Shown here: piece after piece, positions 49,273-62,289 of the stretch
Position numbering within the stretch: the stretch's first letter is position 1
How the letters are laid out: each line of letters begins with the position of its first letter
NCBI RefSeq assembly: GCF_964213995.1
Contig: NC_135830.1
Coordinates: 6,262,001-6,326,000, forward strand
DNA from: Mustelus asterias
Taxonomy: Eukaryota
DNA length: 64,000 nucleotides
Direction: 5' to 3'
The notes under the pieces: model-generated
What the model saw: the letters and a program-made list of their open reading frames with translations, nothing else
The model's database searches: none
What the model was told of the DNA's origin: nothing
Translations under genes and position numbers: made by a program

Positions 49273-51889
49273 GAGAGCAGGGAACAGGCTACAGATGAAT
49301 TAAAGAGAAACCATTTGTGTCCAGAACATTGTGAACATCCTTTTACTCTAGTTGTCTATGGTCCTCAAGTCATTTTCTGTTTGTTTTAACCATGTTCTGT
49401 TTCATTAATACATTTTATCAGTAAAAATATTTGATTTTTCTGGTCTTTTCCTGATTGATGCACTTTCGGAAAAGTGGGTGAGAGGGGTTGGCAGGCTCTT
49501 TAACAGAAAGTGAGTCCCTCTAAGGTAATTGGCAAAGTGGCCAGAGGGGGAGATGAGATTTTATTTTATTATTTGACACAGCGAGTTGTTCTGATCTGCC
49601 TGAAAGCAGATTCAATAGAATCTTTCCAAAGGGTAAAGACTTGAAGGGAAGAATTTGCAGGACTGTGGGAACAGGGCAGAGTGGTAGCATGAATCCTTTC
49701 AAAGAGATAGCAGGGGCATGATGGGCTAAATGGACTCCTGCATCCTGTCAATCTCAGTCTCCTGCTTTTGTGCAGGTTAGAAGGGTAGATTTCAGTGCAG
49801 CCTCTTCCCTGTATCTGTATTTAAAGAGACAGGTTTCTCTTTCGCTCTGAGAGACAGATATAACAATTGGTTGGAGGCCCATTTCCCACTCAGTCCTCCA
49901 GCACTTCCCTGTCTCTCTATTAGTGCAATCCCTATGGCAGTTTCTCAACTGCGGCGCAGGCCTCGTTATTCTGAGCTAAATTCAGCCCTCAGCTCCGTCA
50001 CCTGGCTGTCATTGACATGAGCAATAGAGAGACAGAAAGGTGCCCCAGGCTCAAATGGGAAGTCGAAACACAGGACTTTAAATGAACTGTTAGCATCTCT
50101 CTAACGATCGATAATTTTAAAAAATGAATTCTAAACCCAGTGAGTAAATTAAAGAATCACACGACAAAACTTCAGGTTTTATGATGTTTACTCCAACAAA
50201 CTGGAAGCAACAATGATTAAACACTGTTCTTTGTAGGGAACATTGCCCTTAAACTAAAAAATTGAACTTTGCCCTTTTACTCTTAACACAATGAAATATC
50301 CCACTCAACGGTTATATTTTACTCTGCCTTGGAATGTTGACACTCAATTCTCCAAGATTGAGTCCAAAGTGATTCTTTACTCCCAGAGGGTTTATTTCCA
50401 TTGTTTTCCTTTTCCAGTCTGACAACCTTTAATCCCAGAACTGTCCTTCACAGTGATGGTTCTCCTGGACATTTTCCCACTAACACAAGCAAGGCGAATC
50501 TTCCAGCCTTGTTTTGCAATTTTCAGGAATTTGTTACCAAATTCGATATAGGAGCAGCAGTAGGCCATTTGGCCCTTTGAGTCTGCTCCACCATTTATTT
50601 AGATCATGGCTGATCTGTTTGTGTGGAGTTCCACATTCTCATTCTACAGCCGATACTTTTGATTCCCTGATACAATAAGAATTGGGATAACGGCAATATT
50701 CTGCTGTTGCTGGAATCTGAAACAGAGACAGAAGATGCTGGAGAATCTCAGCAAGTCTGACAGCATCTGTAGAGAGAGAATAGAGACAACATTTTGAGTC
50801 AGGATGAATCTTTGTCAGCTGAAGACAAGGAAAATTGGACAAAAGTTATACTGTAAGGGTCAACAATTGGGAAGCAATCTATTAAACCTCCTCTGAACCA
50901 CTTTCAATGCATTTGTATCATTTCTTAAATGGGAGACAAAAACTACATCCAGTTTTCAAGATGTGGCCTCAGCAATGCCCTGTATAACTGAAGTATAACA
51001 TCTTTACTTCTATGTTCAATTTTTCTCGGAATAACGGATTGTATTCCATTTGTAAGAACTTTGATTTATTTGAACTAAGATTTATGGGGGTTCTCTTATT
51101 TACGATAACCTCCCTCATCGTAAATCACACCAGGTTCCAGTGACTTAACCATATGGCAAGAAAGAACACTTTAAATGGTGAATTCAGAAAGTTTATTCAC
51201 CATTAAAAATGCACCAAGTCAGAAAGATAAAAAACAAAGTATCGATTAAGAGTTAATAAAGAAAGCTTTACTTTAACAATTGAACAGACTTCTCTCCCTC
51301 TCAGACCAGGACATGAAGTGACGGCTCTGAAAATGGGGATAACTTGTAAAACCAACAGCTCTCAACACCTCTATGTAAACATCTCTCCCTCCACCTCTCT
51401 CTACCAAAGTGGCTTCTCAAGACCACTTTTCAATCCTTTAAAAATGTCAAACAGCTACCTCAGCAAATTCCCATAAATCTTCAATTATAAACTAAAACAT
51501 ACATGAGTTTTCAGGCAATTTAAAAACAAATGAGGTGTGTGCTGAAAGGGTGAACTTTTCTACAGAATCTAAAGGGGTGGGGGGTGAGCAGCAAAAACTT
51601 GGCACACAATTACATCACTTTACACAAGTTTAAAAAACTTCTCTAACAATAAAACAAACTTGATTTTAAACTTCATCTATTAATTTTTTTGTTATATTCC
51701 TCACCTTAATTATTTTAATATGATCAGTTTTTGTTAGGGATGGGTAACTTCTGTTCTTTATAAACTGGTTCACTCATTTTTAAAAATTCTATATGGGCTC
51801 GGAGAATCAGAACCCAGAATTTATCACCCTTACCCTGTTTATCTTTTTGCCACCACTCCCTCTATTTTGATTAAACATTTTATCGTAAA

Positions 51890-52063
51890 AGTTAAATACT
51901 GCGGATGCTGGAATCTGAAACAAAAACAGAAAATGCCAGAACATCTCAACAAGTCTGACAGCATCCGTGGAGAGAGAACAGAACCAATGTTTCGAGTCTG
52001 GATGATCCTTCATAAGCGCTCTTACGAAGTGTCATCCAGACTCGAAACGTTGGTTCTATTCTC
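51890..52063. mobile_element. Penelope terminus with inverted pair of degenerate hammerheads
   Basis: GAACCAATGTTTCGAGTCTGGATGA...TCATCCAGACTCGAAACGTTGGTTC palindrome. Confidence 0.7.
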
Positions 52064-52889
52064 GAATCATTTAATCGATAAGTTTCTTGTTCTTAGTTTC
52101 CAAATAGCAGGTAAGAGACCTGTCCGGTTCCCACTTGAGCTCTGATTTTTCACTGGCCATGCTTGGGTAGGATTATAACCATTAGAATCTACTCTCAGAG
52201 GTCCACTTTTCAGTGCAGTGCTACTTGGAGTATACCGTCACCACCGACTATTGGGTCACAAGTCCCTCACAGTTCTTATCACAAATTTAGGATAAATTGA
52301 TTTAAACAATGCATGAGAATGCTTCTTAATTTTTTAGTCAACTGTTGATTGTTGATTGGTCAGACCCCCTGTTCACAGATTTGGTATCTCAGCCGCTGAA
52401 CAAATTTACCTCTAACTCTTCTGAGTAAATATTCTCACCAGGTCCTCTATCGGGGCCCTGCTAAGCAGCTTAATGGTCCGTGATTGCAGAAACTGAGCAG
52501 TCATACGAATGTGGTCAAGATAGTCCAGTCCCATAATGCCTCACATTCAATCTGCTGTCCTTCAATTATAACAGAATATGTGGCTGTATGTAGCTGCCTC
52601 GGCCGTGGTCAACCCCAACACTGCCTTCCTGAACTGCTGCAATGCCTGAGGTGTCAGTACATCCACAGTGCTGTTAGGGAGGGATTTCCAGCTACACATT
52701 CCAGACTTTCACTAGACTGTAGGTGGATACCAGATTGATATATTCCATTCAACCACACCCAAGGTGAGTTATTCCAATTCCTTTATTGTCCAGGACAATA
52801 TATTTACAATATCTTTAAAACAGAAATTAAACATTCCCATTTGATTTCAGGTATTAACATATTCTGTTAGTTTGTTCTTTATTGTCAAT

Positions 52890-53190
52890 GTCAGGCTGGG
52901 GTTGGTCCCCTTGGAGCAAAGGAGGTTGAGGGGAGATTTGATAGAGGTAGACAAGATTCTGACAGGTTTAGATAAGGTGGACAAAGAAAAGCTGTTCCCA
53001 TTTGCTGATGGGACATGGATGAGGGGGTCACAGATTTAAGGTTTTGGGTCAGAGATGCAGGGGGGGGGTGGGGGGGATGTGAGGAAGAATATTTTGATGC
53101 AGCGAATGACCTGGAACTCGCTGCCTACGAGGGTGAAGGAAGTGGAGACAATAAACAATTACAAAGGAAATTGGATGGGCATTTGGGAGG
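52890..53190 (+). mobile_element. Old CR1 3' fragment
   Basis: GGAGGTTGAGGGGAGATTTGATAGAGG (RRLRGDLIE) and WNSLP-like coding. Confidence 0.7.
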
Positions 53191-53450
53191 TTTCAAACAG
53201 AAATGCTGACTAAATATCTCTGAACTTCCTAACATCCTGTCACTCTGTGATCCTTGTGAAATTTGAAACCAGGTATTCGCAACAAGACTCAAAGAGCATC
53301 AGCCCACTGGAGGCAAAATCATGAGACCGACCAGTCCAACAGAAAGAAACCCTCCGACCCTCCCCATTGACCAACTGTGAGAATGAATAAAATGCAGTTC
53401 TGGATGTAACTGAGAGCAGGAACAACAACAGCAGAATCCAACCCCTGGAA

Positions 53451-54377
53451 TCACTCGTGAACTTGTTGGTGTCTCAATAGGGCAGATGAAACACTGAATG
53501 CCTTCCCACATTGAGAGCAGACGAATGGCCTCTCCCCTGTGTGAACTCGCTGGTGTTTCTGCAGGCTGGATGAGTCAGTGAATCTCTTTCCACAATGAGG
53601 GCAGGTGAATGGCCTCTCCCCAGTGTGAATTCGCAGGTGTTTCTGCAAGTTGGATAAGTCAGTGAATTCCTTCCCACACTGAGAGCAGGTGAACGGTTTC
53701 TCCCCAGTGTGAACTCGCTGGTGTATCTGCAGGATGGATAATTGAGTGAATCGTTCCCCACATTGAGAGCAGGTGAACGGTTTCTCCCCAGTGTGAACTC
53801 GCTGGTGTGTCCGCAGGTGGGATGACTGAGTGAATCCCTCCCCACACTGAGGGCAGGTGAATGGCCTCTCCCCAGTGTGAACTCGGTGGTGTGTCTGCAA
53901 GCTGGATAACTGACTGAATCCCTCCCCACACTGAGAGCAGGTGAATGGTCTCTCCCCAGTGTGAACTCGCTGGTGTGTCCGTAGGTTGGATAACTGACTG
54001 AATCCCTTCGCACACTGAGAACAGGTGAATGGTCTCTCCCCAGTGTGAACTCGCTGGTGTGTCCGCAGGCTGGATGACAGAGTGAATCCCTTCCCACACT
54101 GAGAGCAGCTGAATGGCCTCTCCCCAGTGTGAACTCGCTGGTGTGTCCGCAGGTTGGAAAACTGACTGAATCCCTTCCCACACTGAGGGCAGGCGAACGG
54201 TCTCTCCCCAGTGTGAACTTGCTGGTGTCTCTGCAGTCTGGATGATAAAGTGAATCCCTTCCCACACACAGAGCAGGTGAACGGCCTCTCCCCAGTGTGG
54301 CTGCGCCGATGAATTTCCAGATCAGATGGAGCTTTGAATCCTTTCCCACAGTCCCCACATTTCCACGGTTTCTCCAT
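53451..54377 (-). CDS. Tandem C2H2 zinc-finger protein, 11 fingers, no KRAB domain seen
   Basis: Intact ORF from ACCATGG ([14 protein letters not shown]) with 11 fingers and canonical linkers. Acceptor TTTTACAG at ~54720. Confidence 0.92.
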   Translation of the reverse strand: MEKPWKCGDCGKGFKAPSDLEIHRRSHTGERPFTCSVCGKGFTLSSRLQRHQQVHTGERPFACPQCGKGFSQFSNLRTHQRVHTGERPFSCSQCGKGFTLSSSLRTHQRVHTGERPFTCSQCAKGFSQLSNLRTHQRVHTGERPFTCSQCGEGFSQLSSLQTHHRVHTGERPFTCPQCGEGFTQSSHLRTHQRVHTGEKPFTCSQCGERFTQLSILQIHQRVHTGEKPFTCSQCGKEFTDLSNLQKHLRIHTGERPFTCPHCGKRFTDSSSLQKHQRVHTGERPFVCSQCGKAFSVSSALLRHQQVHE

Positions 54378-54989
54378 GGTGCGGGTGTCCTTGTGACTCT
54401 CCAGGTTAAACAATCAGTTAAAACTCACACAGAACACAAGTACAGTCTCTCCCCACTGAATGCTGCGATGTATTTTCGGGCTGTGTATCTGGTTAAAGCT
54501 TTTTCCTCAGTGCACTGGAACACTCTCAATTGAGTGTGTCTGTGTCTTGGTGCTTTTCCAGTGATGCTGATGTTTAAAATCTTCTCTCGCAGACAGAACA
54601 GAGAAACATTTCTCCTTCTAGATTCAAAGGCTGATGATATTCAGGTCCAGATGAATTGAGTGACTCTGTCAGTTATTTGGTTTGAGATTTCTGTCTGTAA
54701 ATCTTCACCTTCTGATATCCTGTAAAAGGAGTTTATAAAAGCCATCAGTGTCAGTGCAGGATAGAAATTCAGAACAGACAGTTCTAGTTTCTATGGAACA
54801 TTCTTTCCTCTCTCATTCCCCAAAAGCTGTGAATCTCCATCCCACACACTCTCCCTTCATTCTCACTCTGCTGTATCTAATATTCACCCTCCCAATTCTC
54901 CTGAAGGTACTGATTGAGGCTGATTGACAGATCCATGCTCACTGCTTTCTGTCCAGCACAGAAATCAGAACATAAAGGAGCTGCAATCA

Positions 54990-55338
54990 GCAATTCGGCC
55001 CATCGAGTCCGCTCAACCATTCATAGAATCATGGAATCTACAGTCCGGAAGGAAGGCATTAGGCCCATCGAGCCTGCACCAACAACAATCCCAACCAGAT
55101 CCAATCCCCGTAACCCCCCATATTTACCCTTCGAATCTCCTAACATTAAGGGTCAATTTATCATGGCCAATCAATCCAATCCACACATCTTTGGATTGTG
55201 GGAGGAAACCGGAGCACTGGAGGAAACCCACGCAGAGATCATGCAAACTCCACACAGACAGTGACCCAAGCCAGGAATGGAAGCCAGGTCCCTGACGCTG
55301 TGAGACAGCTGTGATAACCACTGAGCCACCGTGCCGCC
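54990..55338 (-). mobile_element. HE1 SINE
   Basis: Head ends GCCACCGTGCCGCCC; HER1-type tail. Confidence 0.8.
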
Positions 55339-55915
55339 CAGATGTACCTGAGCACCATTTTCCCCACAGTATCCCCTGGATCCCTTGATATCTTGAATAA
55401 ACCGATCAAACCCTCACTTGAAAATTCTTGATGACTGAGCTTTACAGTCCTCTGAGGTAAAGAATTCCAAAACTTCACCACATCCTTGAGTGAAGAAATC
55501 CCACCTCATCTTCGCTTTCTTTCCAAATAAATGTACTTTATTGCAGGACCATAAATAAAATCTAATCTGTACAATAGAACAAAACTAGACATATCTCTGT
55601 CCTATATTAGTTTATTGTTCCCTTAAATGTCAGCCATCTCCGGTGGAAACCAGCCTTTAAATGTGAACATCAGGAAAGAGACCATCCTTTTAGCCAGATA
55701 AATAAATGAGTCAAGCTGAGGAAGCAAAGGATGTCAATGTCTTTAAGAGAGAGACCTGGGCCAACCTTTCCTGAGTCTGCAGCCTCCCTGGATTCACTTC
55801 CTTTCCCTTCAGTTGCTGCAAGTCCCCAATTTCCCCCAGAATGAGAAAAGAAATGGAAAGGGGTGGGGGGGGGGGGGGGGGGGGGGGGAGAAAGTGTGTT
55901 ACTCACAGATGTTGG

Positions 55916-56033
55916 CCTCTTTTAAGGTCAAACCAAATAAACAAACTCAAATTAAATCGGGACAAAGTAAAAGGGGCAGCTCCCCAAAAGGAGGGGGAGC
56001 AGCCAGAACAGAAATCAAAGTACAAAGGAAAAA
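55916..56033 (-). mobile_element. 5'-truncated Tx1 3' UTR, same family as 39545-39659
   Basis: Minus strand TTTCCTTTGTACTTTGATTTCTGTTC...GAGTTTGTTTATTTGGTTTGACCTTAAAAAGAG, followed by CCAACATCTGTGAGTAACACACTTT. Confidence 0.9.
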
Positions 56034-56045
56034 GCGAGATGTTGG

Positions 56046-56207
56046 TCTCTTTTAAGGAAATAAGTGATAAATAAGTTATCCGCCAGAGTTCGATGTCATC
56101 TGACCGCTTGTTTGGAGAATAAAACATACTTAGGTACCTCGCTTCATCTGGGATATGAAGCATAATCCTCAGAAGTGTGATTCATGTCATCTAAAATAAC
56201 TCACTTC
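56046..56207 (-). mobile_element. Possible second short insertion at the same target
   Basis: Ends CCTTAAAAGAGA, followed by CCAACATCT (56037-56045). The body is not recognisable. Confidence 0.5.
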
Positions 56208-56665
56208 AGACAGGAGGAAGTTTCAGTCTGTGTGCAGCTCAATCTGAGCGTCACAAAGACCTGATTGGCTGGAGGACCAGTGTCCTTCCGGTCCTCCAGG
56301 TCTTCCCATTGGTCAACACCTCAGTATGTAGGTCAGGATGCGGGCTACCCCGCTCATGCGCAGTGTCCCATTTCCCCGGACATGCGCAGTCCCGGGCCGG
56401 GGGAAATCTCCAAGCGGCTTCTCGCTCCCGCCAGCCGGCTGTCTGCAAACCTTGGCTCGAAGATGTGCAGGGGGAGGGGGAACAATAGGTGGGGGCGGAG
56501 CTCCCGGGTCCTCGCGCCTGCGCACTGGAACCCCATGACGTAATTGCGGAAGAGACTGATTCTTATTGGGTCATTCAGGCAGGCTCCATTGTGGACGTCA
56601 CAATGCGGAAGCTCGATTGATTCAGATTCAGACTCAAAACTTCCTCTGTACAACATCTGGGAGGA
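56200..56665. promoter_or_regulatory. Bidirectional CpG promoter and exon 1s for the ZNF genes at 53.4 kb (minus) and 57.2 kb (plus)
   Basis: Head-to-head layout with CCAAT boxes, a GC box, CATGCGCA x2 and GGACGTCACAATG; paralogous to 27360-27953. Confidence 0.75.
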
Positions 56666-57066
56666 AATCAATGTTTCCCCCTTTCCATTTCTTTTCTCAT
56701 TCTGGGGGGAATTGGGGACTTGCAGCAACTGAAGGGAAAGGAAGTGAATCCAGGGAGGCTGCAGACTCTGGAAAGGTTGGCCCAGGTTTCTCTCTTTCTT
56801 AAAGACATTGGCATTCTTTGCAGTGTTCCACATCAATTAGAATTGTCTGATCTGAATTTCTATCTTGTTCTGACAGTGATGACTTTTGTAAATTTGTTTT
56901 ACAGGATATTAGAAGGAGAGGATTTGCTGATAGAAATGTCAAGATCTAAGTCACTCAATTCATGGGAGCTGAATGTCATCGGTTTTGAATCTGGAAGAAG
57001 AAACGTTTATCTGCTTGAATTCGGTGAACCATTGGTGTGAACAGAAAAGCATCGAGGCCCGTGCAA

Positions 57067-57130
57067 CCCGAGTGACAGTGTCCCAGTCCCGAGTGACAGT
57101 GTTCCAGTCCTGAGTGACAGTGTCCCAGTG
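57067..57130. repeat. 21-bp tandem repeat x3 in the ZNF leader
   Basis: CCGAGTGACAGTGTCCCAGTC repeated. Confidence 0.85.
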
Positions 57131-57175
57131 CACGTATTGTGAAAGCTGCAGGAGAGACAAAAAGACACTCAGATC

Positions 57176-58143
57176 ATGGAAAAGTCATGGAAATGTGGGG
57201 ACTGTGAAAAGTCATTCCGTTCCCCATCGGTGCTGGAAATTCATCGACGCAGTCACACCAGGGAGAGGCCGTTCACCTGCTCCAATTGTGGGAAAGGGTT
57301 CTCTCGGTTATCGATCTTGCTAACACACCAGCGAGTTCACACTGGGGAGAAGCCATTCACCTGCTCTGATTGTGGGAAGGGATTCACTCAGTCATCGCAC
57401 TTGCTGATACACCAGCGAGTTCACAATGAGAGAGGCCATTCACTTGCCCCGTGTGTGAGAAGGGATTCAGCGTTTCATCCACACTGCAGACACACCAGAG
57501 AGTTCACACTGGGGAGAGGCCGTTTATCTGCTCCATGTGTGGTAAAGGATTTGCTCAGTCATCCAACCTGTATTCACACCAGCGAGTTCACACCGGAGAG
57601 AGGCCGTTTCCCTGCTCTGTGTGTGGGAAGGGATTCACTAACTCCGCCAACCTGCTGAGACACCAGCAACTTCATACTGGGGAGGCTTCCTTCACCTGCT
57701 TTGAATGTGGTAAAGGACTCAGTGATTCATCCAACCTGTTTTCACACCAGCGAACTCACACTGGGGAGAGGTCATTCACCTGCTTTCTGTGTGGGAAGGG
57801 ATTTAGTCAGGCATCCAGCCTGCAGACACACCAGCGAGTCCACACCGGGGAGAGGCCATTCACCTGCTCAGTATGTGGCAAGGGATTCAGTGATTCATCC
57901 AAACTGATTTCACACCAGCGAGTTCACACTGGGGAGAGGCCATTTAACTGCTTTGTGTGTCAGAAGGGATTCAGTCGATTGTCTAACCTGCTGACACACC
58001 AGCGACTTCACACTGGGGAGTGACCGTTTAGCTGCATTGAATGTGGAAAGGGATTCACACGATCATCCCATCTGCTGAGACACCAGCGAGTTCACAAGCG
58101 ATTACAAGCATTGGATTCTGCTGTTAATCACGCCCAGGACTGA
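57176..58143 (+). pseudogene. 11-finger ZNF with one frameshift (~57428) and one in-frame TGA (58021)
   Basis: Three fingers in ORF 57176, seven in ORF 57451-58023, and one more intact finger after the TGA. Confidence 0.8.
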
Positions 58144-58704
58144 ACCATGTTCATTCTGGCAGTTGGTGAAGTGGGAGGGTCAGAGGGTTTCTTTCTGCTG
58201 GACTGGCCAGTCTCACGACTTTGTTTCCAGTGGGTTGATGCTCTTTGAGCCTGGGAGAGCACATTTCACTGAAATGATCCACACAAACTGATGAAGGATG
58301 TTTTTTAATCCTGGATCATAAATATTGTTTTTCCTACCACTAAAGCTAGATCTTAAATAAATACATTTGTCTCTGTTCCATTGAGTCTACAGCACAGGGC
58401 CAGGTCAGTCGGCACAATTGGTCTGTGTCAGTATTTATGCTCCACATGAGCCTCCACCCACCCCCCTCCATCTCCCCCATCAGCATATCCTTCTATTCCT
58501 TTCTCCCTCATTTATGTATCTAGCTTCCCCTTCAATGTATTCATGCTGTTCACCTCAACCACTCGCTGTGGTAGTGAGTTCCACATTCTCACCACTCGCT
58601 GGGTAAAGAGGTTTCTCATTAAATCCCATTAAGATTATTGAATCTCTGAAAATGCACGCAGCATTTGTAACAAAAGGAATGAATTGTCAGCGTGGATAGA
58701 GGTC

Positions 58705-60016
58705 ATAGAGGTTTATAGCATGGAAACAGGCCCTTTGGCCCAACTTGTCCGTGCTCTTTTTTTAAAACCCCAAAGCTAATCCCAATTGCCCGCATTTGGC
58801 CCATATCCCTCTATACCCATCGTACCCATGTAACTGTCTAAATGCTTTTTAAAAGACAAAATTGTACCCGCCTCTACTACTACCTCTGGCAGCTTGTTCC
58901 AGACACTCACCACCCTGTGTGAAAAAATTGCCCCTCTGGACACTTTTGTATCTCTCCCCTTAAACCTATGCCCTCTAGTTTTAGACTCCCCTACCTTTGG
59001 GAAAATATATTGACTATCGAGCTGATCTGTGCCTCTCATTATTTTATAGACCTCTATAAGATCACCCCTCAGCCTCCTGTGCTCCAGATAAAAAAGTCCC
59101 AGTCTATCCAGTCTCTCCTTATATCTCAAACCACCAAGTCCTGGTAGCATCCTAGTAAATCTTTTCTTCACTCTTTCTAGTTTAATAATATCCTTTCTAT
59201 AATAGGGTGACCAGAACTGTACACAGTATTCCAAATGTGGCCTTACCAATGTTTTGTACAACTTCAACAAGACGTCCCAACTCCTGTATTCAATGTTCTG
59301 ACCAATGAAACCAAGCATGCTGAATGCCTTCTTCACCACTCTGTCCACCTGTGACTCCACTTTCAAGGAGCTATGAACCTGTACCCCGAGATCTCTTTGT
59401 TCTGTAACTCTCCCCAACGCCCTGCCATTAACTGAGTGGGTCCTGCCCTGGTTCAATCTACCAAAATGCATCACCTCGCATTTGTCTAAATTAAACTCCA
59501 TCTGCCATTCGTCAGCCCACTGGCCCAGTTGATCAAGATCCCATTGCAATCGGAGATAACTTTCTTCACTGTCCACTATGCCACCAATCGTGGTGTCATC
59601 TGCAAACTTACAAACCATACCTCCTATATTCTCATCCAAATCATTAATATAAATGACAAATAACAGTGGACCCAGCACTGATCCCTGAGGCACACCACTG
59701 GTCACAGGCCTCCAGTTTGAAAAACAACTCTCTACAACCACCCTCTGGCTTTTGTCAAGAAGCCAATTTTGTCAAAGGTACCTTGTCAAAGGTACCTTGT
59801 CAAAGGCCTTGCTGAAGTCCATGTAGACAATATCAACTGCACTGCCCTCATCTACCTTCTTGGTTACCCCTTCAAAAAACTTTGAGAGACATGATTTTCC
59901 ACTCACAAAGCCATGCTGACTGTTCCTAATTGGACCTTGTGTCTCTAAATGCCTGTAGTTCCTGCCTCTCAAAATACCTTTCAACAACGTACCCACCACA
60001 GATGTGAGGCTCACTA
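58705..60016 (-). mobile_element. 5'-truncated CR1 LINE
   Basis: ORFs 58776-59741 and 59772-60014 carry RT motifs, with a small deletion/14-bp duplication at ~59771-59800. Confidence 0.95.
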
Positions 60017-60319
60017 AAGTTAAATATGTGTGTCCTGATTGACATTACAGAGACTTGAAAGGTGACCAAGTCTGGGATCTAAATATGAAAGGGTATTTGA
60101 CATTACGGAATGGCAGGAAGCTAGGAAAAGATGACAGGATCTCTCACATTAATTAACGATGACATTAGTCCAGTACAGAGTGACAACCTTAGCCTGAAAG
60201 ATCAGGATATAGAATCAGCTTGGGTCGAGATAAGAAATAGTAAATGTATGAGATCTTGTGTGGGAGTGGTTAATGGGCCCCTTACCTAAGTTACACTGAA
60301 CTTATTTATTTATTTTGAA

Positions 60320-60545
60320 CATGACACTGATGATGATTAGAAATGATTGTCGTAAAATCACATCTGGTTTACTGATGTCCTTAAGGTCGGCAGATTTGCT
60401 TCCCTAATCTGGTCTGGCCAACACGTAACTCCAGATCCATAGCAATGTGGTTGCCTTTAATTGCCCTCTCAGTTCAAGGACAATTAGGAATGGGCAATAA
60501 ATGCTGCGCCAGCCAGCGACACCCACATCCCATGAATAAGTAAAA
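60320..60545 (+). mobile_element. Deu-type SINE fragment
   Basis: CATCTGGTTTACTGATGTCCTT...GGTCTGGCC...GGGCAATAAATGCT, similar to 12576-12930. Confidence 0.65.
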
Positions 60546-60679
60546 GTAGACATTGTCTGTGGGGAGAGAATAGAGCCAATATTTCATATCTAGATGACCC
60601 TTCATCAGAGGGGTCTGACCCCTCTTCTATTTTTGTAAATATTGACATTGTTTATTTTATTAGTCTGAGGATTTACTTT

Positions 60680-61560
60680 ACCAAATAATAGAAACTTCAT
60701 TCTACTCAGAGTCAGTGACAACTTATTTTTGACAAACCAGCACTAACAATTTCAATAAGCTCTTGAAGGTCCCACCCACAGCAAAAATATTGGCATCATC
60801 TGCAAATAAAACAAATTGTAATAATGTTGATATATTTCAAATGTCCTTAATATATAAAATAAACAATTTAGGGCCCAAAACAGATACCTGTGAGACTCCA
60901 CACACAATATTCACACAATCTGATTCACAATCATCTATTGTTACAAATTGTTGAGATTTTCCAAATAACTTCTGAGACAATTATTCACCACTCCCTGAAT
61001 CGCATATGTTTCCAGTGTTTTAAGTAATATTCCATGGTCAATTGTATTAAATGCTGTGTAAGATCAATAAAAACCTCTATTGTAAATGTCTTTTTATCCA
61101 CAGGATTCGTCATTTCCTCCACAAATTCCATCAGTAATAATGAGATCGACTGACTTGATCTGACTATTACACAGTGAGTTACATTGAGCAATGGAATTAT
61201 CAGATCATTTAGCAAATGACTTCCCTTTTCTCTGAAAAACAAGGAAAGTGAAGACACACTCCTGGAATTAGTAAAATCACATTTGTCATCAGTTTTAAAC
61301 CAGGGAATAACTTTGTCTATTTTCATTTTACAGGGAAATAGTCCAGTTTGAAAAGACCGGTTGCAAATATAAGTCAATGATTTTACTCCACAATCAATAA
61401 CCTGCTTAATGATTGACATCTCAGTATTGTTTGAATTTGTAGATTTTTTATTCTTATGATATTTAACAATATCAATGACCTCCTTTCCATCAACACTCCT
61501 AAAACGTGAGATGGGATGAAGAGGTGGATCACTTTTTCTTGGAATTTTTAATATCCTTGT
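60680..61560 (-). mobile_element. Old AT-rich non-LTR RT fragment (L2/Crack-like)
   Basis: ICNRSFQTGLFP.KMK..KVIP, VFIDL and downstream LFADD in a shifted frame. Confidence 0.7.
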
Positions 61561-62289
61561 CCATGAACTTTGTTTTAAGGAAAGCCACATTTGTAATCCC
61601 TGCTGAAATATCTGAAATATCAGAACCATAACAGGGCAAGGTAAGACAGACACTCACTTTGATCTTTACATCAACACATCTGAGAGTTAAGAATGTGTGA
61701 CATGATTTTGGGACACCGGAGTGAGTGTGCAGATGGGATTTGTTACATGTGAAAAATAACAAGCCTAAATTCATGGTGAGATGGAGTGAAGAGCGGGTCC
61801 CAAACACACACAGCTACTTGAGACACAGCAGGAGATGAAATGGTTAATGTGGCCAGGGGATTGAGACAACATTGTGACATCATCAAGGCACTGACACACA
61901 CTCCAGAGAGAAACTGAGTTCAAAACAATCAGGGTCCAATTAAACACAATACACATGCTCACAAAGTGAGTGAAATTGAAATAAAATGGATAAAATAATG
62001 GATTGGGACAATAAAGGTCTTGAGAGAAACAATGCTGAATAAGAACTGTCCACAAGTTGGATAGGGGTAAAGAGAGAGCTGGAGAATCTTTTACATCCAT
62101 GCTTGATCTGTTGCTTGAAGCATCTGTCCTCATGTACTAGGAACCTAGAACTCACGATGCTCCTTCAGGAGAAGGAAAGATTGAGTAGATGTTACACCAT
62201 TCAGGCCCAGAACAGAACTGCAAAACAACAGAGTGAAATTGAGTGAGGGGTCAGAGAGAGAGAGATCTCCTTCTCCTCAAGAGAAACTT

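Noticed and set aside
50090-51700. Possible LTR remnants (TGTTAG at ~50089, TGTAAG at 51051)
   Set aside because: No matching ends, PBS/PPT or TSD could be established.
53474-54358. Long alternate-frame ORFs overlapping ZNF genes (also 4612-5319 and 53659-54267)
   Set aside because: These are the expected by-product of 84-bp finger repeats with biased codons; there is no independent evidence of coding.
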